Source of the DNA: Chrysomallon squamiferum | Taxonomy: Eukaryota > Animalia > Mollusca | Assembly: GCA_012295275.1 (NCBI GenBank) | Contig: CM022677.1 | Location: 6,510,001 to 6,574,000 of the forward strand | Direction: 5' to 3' | DNA length: 64,000 bases | In this document: in pieces, positions 57,466-64,000 of the stretch | Position numbering within the stretch: position 1 is the stretch's first letter | How the letters are laid out: every line of letters begins with the position of its first letter | Made by a program: the position numbers and the translations under genes | The notes under the pieces: model-generated | What the model was told of the DNA's origin: nothing | Seen by the model: the letters and a program-made list of their open reading frames with translations, nothing else | The model's database searches: none

Positions 57466-60198
57466 ATAAATACATTTGCGTTGAAAAGTATCAAAATGGA
57501 AATTCGTAACTTACCAAGACCTTTTTGAAGTATCAAAATTAAAATGCGTGCATGAATGAAAAAGTAAAAACTCTAAGCATTAAAAGATAAGTTGAAATAA
57601 ATTGTATTTGTTTAAATAAAATAAATAAATATAAAAATAATATTAATAATAATAATGACGATGATGATGATGATGATAAAAATAAGTAGCATTAGTAATA
57701 GCAGTAGTAATAATAATATCATTGATCATAATATCAATAATGATGATGACGATTATGATGATAATGACGATGATGATGATTATTATTATTTAATAGATAG
57801 TTAAGTTAAATGATCAGATACAGATGCAAAAGTTTAAGTTTAAATTAACAGTTTGAATCAGTTCTCTGATAAAAAGAATAGCACATACTTTTATTCTTCT
57901 TAAAATTTTGTTTGGTAAAGAAATGTGGTTAATTTCTGATTACTAATCATACATCAGAACACAAACACACATTCATACGCACACACATTCACACACACAT
58001 ATATACACAAACACACCGATAAACATAGGCATACACAGATACTCATAGACACCAGCAAATAATGCTTTATAAAATAAGTACGTAAAAAAGCGTTTTAATA
58101 CAATATAAATTTAAAATACAATTTTCAAGAAATTAGAGAACAGCAAATTTAAACAAATGTTTGTTTCTGCTTTACATTAATACATAAAACCATAATATAA
58201 TTTGTTTTTAACTTGAGAAAATAGAGTTATTTGTCTGCTACATAACCTCTAGCGAAATCGCCATAATGTAATCCTTCAGACATATATGCATAGAAAATCA
58301 AATATAAACATAACTGAACCATAGAGTCAGTCCCTCCATGTAAAATACCTAAAGGGTGATTTTGCTGAAATTTGATATTTGTTTTTGACAACAAAACTAG
58401 TCATAATCAGTTCATTCGGCCTTTTCTCTTTGTAATCAGTGTGTCCAATGTGGGGAAATTGATCAGTAATTTGATAAAGATTCCAAATCTCTTAGTATAA
58501 GCTAAATTGTGGTAATATTTTGACCTTTTGAATTATATCACGTGCTCCAATGACTCATTAAAAATTCCTATGTATAATCACTTTTGCAGTAAAATACACT
58601 TAAAGTTGACATACCTGGCCCATAGTGCCAATTCGAATTCTTTAATTCTATAATGCGGTTGGAAATGTGACATATATTCATTACTTTATTAAAGGGGTAG
58701 TTTTGATATAAATTGAGTGAGTGTATAAAATTCATACAACAGCTCTAAAACGTGCAGTATGGCAGTAACTTTAAATTATCAAAATTACAAAATACCAAAG
58801 TAAATTAATGTGTGTATTTTTTATGAACATTAATACATCGATATACGAACGAAAAAAATAAACACTTTAATTTGATAAAAGAACTAATGTTGTTTGTTAA
58901 CTCTAAGGTTTAAAAGAATAATGTAGAAATACATTTTTTTTAAATAACGAAAAATACTAATTAAAAATAAATAGTGATCATGAAGTATAAATTATTGATT
59001 TTATTTCTGCTCTAAAGGAATAAAGAAATATTCTTTCCTTCTAAATGAAGAAAGATTTTAACATGTTTCAAAGAAACAACAAATATAGACTTCGGGTTAC
59101 TACAGACTTAGTGTGTTTTGTTTGTACTCAGTTTCAGTCACACGGTGTATCTTGGCTCACTACTTTTTTATTGGTGTCTATTTAACTTTGCTGTAGGTAA
59201 AATTGTTAATCTTGTCAGGAGAGAAGACAGTGAGAGTAGAGAGGGAGTGAGAGACAGAACAGAAAGGGAGTGCGAGACAGAACAGAACGTGAGTGGGAGA
59301 CAGAACTGAGAGAGAGAGAAAGAGCGGTAGAATGACAGAGTCTGAGAGAGACAGAGAGTTTGAGCAAGAGTGAGAGAATGAGTGAGAATGTAAAACGCAA
59401 CATACCTTCTGACTGCCTTCTGTATTAGGAATATCAGTTCATATTTCGTCAGTCACCTAGGAAACAGAGACGTAGAATACCGCGGGAAAATGAGTGTATT
59501 CATTTTTGTTACTTCAGATCAGTTCACAGCTTTGTGAATACACACGCAGAACCCATGTTTATTTTTGACATTTTGCCTGTCATTCAGTTTCATTTCATTT
59601 CTTTATTTCTCTCTTTCTTTTTGTCTTTTTTTTTTTGTTTTTTTTTTTTTCGTTCTTTCTTCTTCTTCTTCTTGAATTTAATTGAATTACGTATTCATAG
59701 AAATTGTAGTAGATGGTCAGTGGTAAGATATAGCTGTTAAATTGTTTAGTTTAAATTAAGTGTTTGAATCAGTTCTGTGTAAACAAATAGCACATCTATT
59801 TAGAGTAAAGTTACTTTATGATGTGGAAAGTAAAGATTTTATAGACGTTTATCACCACCAACAGTTATGCTTCTCGAACTACAAATTATTCTTATTATTG
59901 TTGTTACTGTTGTTGGTATTGTTGTTGTTGTTGTTGTTATTATTATTATTATATTTATTATTATTATTATCTCTATTGTGCTAGCTTAATTTATTTGATA
60001 TGAATTAAATTGTTTCTTAACTAAAATTTAATATTTCTCCATTCATGCTAATCAGAGCAAAAATAGATCATTATTATTTTTTCTTCATTTTTCATTTTGT
60101 TGTTGATGTTGTTACCCATGATGATCATTATAATCATTGCTATTATTAAAAGACAATATAGTTATTTCCCTCAACCACTTAATCTAGGAAATTGACTA

Positions 60199-60233
<35 letters not shown>

Positions 60234-60333
60234 AATTTCATTTTGATAAGTGATACATGCTATTTATTATGATTTGTTTATATTTCATTTCATTGTGAAA
60301 ATGTATAACTATTTCAAATACATGTGAATACAG

Positions 60334-60374
<41 letters not shown>

Positions 60375-60489
60375 GTATGTGTGTATGTGTATATGTAAGC
60401 AAATATGTATGTACGTATGTATTCATGTATCTATGTATATTTGTATGTATTTACAACTAAATGATGTTCTTTGTTGTTTTTCCTTAAAG

Positions 60490-60620
60490 CTTGTCCTAAT
60501 CGTATCGATGTCACACACGTTCTCGATGGCTCCCAAAGTGTGAAGAAAGAAAACTGAGAGAAAGTTAAAGCTGCAGTCACAGAATCAATCAAAATTTTTC
60601 AAAGTGCTAACAAAGAAACA
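60490..60620 (+). pseudogene. Orphan von Willebrand factor A domain exon with premature stop
   Basis: ttccttaaag|...|gtgagt. Translation CPNRIDVTHVLDGSQSVKKEN*EKVKAAVTESIKIFQSANKET contains the MIDAS DxSxS motif; TGA at 60555. Confidence 0.75.
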
Positions 60621-61244
60621 GTGAGTGTGCAGTCTGTCAGCGTACTCTGACATACAGTCGGACGTGCAGTGTCAGTCAGTGTGTGAGTCTAACACTAAGA
60701 TCAGTGTGAAAGTCAGTGTGTGAGTCCAGAGTGGAAACATGCACACTGGGACAGTACAGAAGAGTGAATCATGCCAGACTAGAGAGGAACCTTAGTCAGA
60801 ACCTGCACAAACCCGCCACCCAGCGGAGGGTCAGCAATTCAGTGGAATTAGCACAGATTCTGAGAGAAAAAATAAACAGAATAGTAATAATAAAAAGTTT
60901 AATTAAAATAAAAAATTAAATAAACAATATTCCAACAAAATGATACCATGTATTTATAAAGGTAGCTTCAAAATGTAATGGAAGTGATAGCAATTTCATG
61001 TTCGTAAATTCCTGTAATTGGGGCTTATTGTTAAATCTTTATTAAAAAGCAAGATAACTCCAAGGAAAGATCAGAATATTACGTTCATTGCATGACGTTA
61101 GAACTCTACATAACTTTCAACATTACAAGTAGAACAAAAAATAAAACATCCAGTGAAATTTAACACGAAGATATTATTTTTTTTACGATGTTGACAATAT
61201 TTATTTTGGAAACTTCAAGGAAAAAAAAAATAATGAAAAAAATC

Positions 61245-61414
61245 GGGACAAATTACAACACTAGTTGTGGAAATAGTGAACATCAGTTGGATATACGTGC
61301 TGACTTGGATATTGTGAAATCGGGTGATGAAGATGTAAAACTCAAAGCCAGAAGAATTTGGTGGAATTAATGACACAGACACTGTCACTCAGCCTTGTTC
61401 TGCAGATTCCTGTG
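61245..61414 (+). pseudogene. Decayed thrombospondin type-1-like exon
   Basis: NTSCGN... and, in another frame, KPEEFGGINDTDTVTQPCSADSC followed by phase-1 donor g|gtaagc. Confidence 0.35.
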
Positions 61415-61586
61415 GTAAGCATAAATAATTACATAAATTAATATATTCTAACGCTATAAAGTTATGATATGTCAATATATATTTTAAATGATTTCGATTT
61501 AATACTGACTGCAATTAATAACTCACTGAATTATTTCGTTATATCTATAGCTATCTATCTGACTATCTATCTATCTATATAAGACA

Positions 61587-61617
<31 letters not shown>

Positions 61618-62338
61618 TACACAGATTGTTGATAATATTAGTATTAAGTCATGGATAAGAACATGACAAGAAATATCGTTAATAATCTCATAATAACAAT
61701 GCAATAATTTCTTGTTCTAAAATAACAAAGAGTAGAACAATAATTGTCTAAAACATATAATTATTGTTATTTGTTGTTGTTGTTGTTGTTGTCATTGCTG
61801 TTTGTGATGTAAATACGTTATATTAAATTATATTTATTGACTTAGTTATTTTTTATTACATATATTTATTTTTTATTATTATTATTTTTTTTTACAATAG
61901 TTTTTTTTTAAGTGCTTGTTATTTTATAGGAATTGTATTCACACACACACACACAAAACACACATATAACACTGAATTCAGTTTCACAAATTTTTATTTT
62001 AAACGGCAAAGATTTAATGCGACGTCTTTAACAGAAGTTTTCAGATTTGTGTTGTGAACATTATGTTAATTTGCGAAAAATGTATTATGGTAATTAATGT
62101 TCTTTGTAAAATGTTTTAAATAACATTAGAATTAACATGACTGTTCTTTAACTGCAATTATAATAACTTTCTCATTGCTTTTGTAGTTGATAGCTCTGGA
62201 TAATGAAATATAATTAGGATGACGGCGAACATTTGTTTTACTGTTATTTTAAGATGTATAAAAAGCGAAGTGAAAAAACAAAGATGGCGGAGTAAGTGTT
62301 TAGATTTAGGGTTTCTAACGTCACACAACACGGGTTTG

Positions 62339-63693
62339 TCAGAACAGGATGTAAAACACTGCAGTGAAAACTGAAATGACAAGCATCACATCTCCTCCTA
62401 AAAAATAAAAAATAAGAATATTAAATGTTTCAGGTTGTCCAAGTGTGTGTGTGTCTCTGTGTGTGACTGTGTGTGTGTGTGCGTGTGTGTGTGTGTGTGT
62501 GTGTAAATGTTTATGTATATAATCTATAACCGTAGGTACGTATGTATATAGGTAAGCATGTATATGTACATATGTGTATATGTATTTAAGTATGTATTTA
62601 TGTATGAATGTATGTATTTATATACATGTATATATGTATGTATGTATGTGTGTATGTATGTATGTATGTATGTATATATGCATATAAATATGCGTGTGTG
62701 TTTGGATTAGTAATTTTAAGTTGGTGAAAAAATTACCTGTATCATGTAGTGTGTTTGTCCCATTGACGTCTTCATCTAAAACAGAAGACGAAGATTTATA
62801 AGAAATTAACAAAGTATAATTTTAGTGTACAAATCTAGTTCTAAATATTTACAACTAGAAGAAACAATAACTAAATTATTATATTTTCTAACAACCTGTA
62901 GAATTATATTTATATTTTGATACTTACATAAGCAATTCAAATATAGCTTACCCTTAATACAGTGTTCAATATTCATCTCGCCACCTTTCTTTTGCAGTTG
63001 AAATCCTTCTTTACATCTGCACTGTGTGTTTCTCACTTTGGTGCATTTCTTTACTTCTGTTTGAGTTGTGCTGTCACACGTGTCACATTCAGCACATCTA
63101 GTAGCACGAGTGTAATTCGACTGGTAAAACCCTTCTTCACAAGGCTCACATTCTGATTCACCACCGTTCTCTGTGCAGTGAGCTAAACGTCGTGTTCCAG
63201 GAGGACATTTTTTACACTGTATTCCATTTATTTCATATTGTTCTCTCTGAAACATAATATGAAAAATATTACAATTATCAGTTACAGTTATGTAAGGCTG
63301 AATGAGTTTCAAGTTTCAGTTTATACTTACAATTCCACGTTTCCCCCTGCAACTGACAGCAACAATTTAATAACATTGACTAACATCACAGTCAATCATT
63401 ATGTTTTGAAAAGTCATTGATACACATACATGGTAACACACACAGGCACACACACACACATACGCACACAAACACACACACACACACATACACACACACT
63501 ACACAAGCAAACTCACTAAAAAGAAAACAAAATACATCTAGTAAGCAGTGATGTTGTTGTGAAATTGCGTTACGTAGGATACACGTTGAGTTGGGTAAAA
63601 ACGTACCTCGTTTTCAGAACTTTCCAGAAATTTTGCTCTCAGTGTTGCTATAAATAGTACGGCAGCCATCAAAATCCACGTAAAAGGTTTCAT
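62339..63693 (-). CDS. TNF receptor superfamily protein, copy B; 4 coding exons (63693-63607, 63246-62952, 62775-62737, 62397-62339); 159 aa; predicted GPI-anchored with no cytoplasmic tail
   Basis: Signal-peptide exon identical to copy A. CRD exon reads REQYEINGIQCKKCPPGTRRLAHC...EHCIK, followed by a single stalk exon DEDVNGTNTLHDT and terminal exon GGDVMLVISVFTAVFYILF*. Introns are GT-AG and in phase. Confidence 0.9.
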
Positions 63694-63706
63694 GTCTGTG
63701 ATAACT

Positions 63707-64000
63707 CTAGGAAAAATAATAATAATAAACCTTAAAATGTACGTGAAAAAAGCTACTGCTATGACTTATACTAATACTAATAACTGTAGAATGGAACTGT
63801 TTAGGTAAAGTAACTGACTGAATAACGCTAGCAAGGTCAATTAAGATTACTTCCTTCACTTGGTCGCTTTGCCGCAACTGCGCATTAACACTCGTATCAC
63901 GTGTTTTATCAAACCAATCACAACAAGTACAAATCTAAGACAGCTGCGTTATGTACTTCCGTCCACATGGGCTTTTTTGTGCTTTTATTAAATTTAACAC
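63707..64000 (-). promoter_or_regulatory. Putative promoter/5' region of TNFR copy B (runs off window)
   Basis: Near-identical to 11820-12115, with the same E-box, CCAAT and ETS-like motifs. Confidence 0.45.

Overview
AT-rich, microsatellite-dense animal genomic DNA. It is an invertebrate, probably a lophotrochozoan or mollusc (inferred only from repeat style). A 200-N scaffold gap lies at 41590-41789, and almost all ORFs in the supplied track are microsatellite artefacts. The real signal is two intact minus-strand copies of a small spliced TNF-receptor-superfamily gene (10286-11806 and 62339-63693). Hand-splicing gives a signal peptide, about 2.5 cysteine-rich domains, one or two 13-aa stalk microexons and a hydrophobic tail that ends at the stop codon. 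There is no cytoplasmic domain, so this is a GPI-anchored decoy-like architecture. The copies have near-identical introns but 10 non-synonymous versus 2 synonymous changes in the CRD exon. Between and around them are remnants of further receptor copies, a mosaic of duplicated modules, minisatellites and DNA-transposon remnants (Merlin, Tc2/pogo-like, TIR-bounded elements). There is also a virus-like ORF island and decayed exons resembling death, VWA, TSP1, trypsin-like and EGF-like domains.
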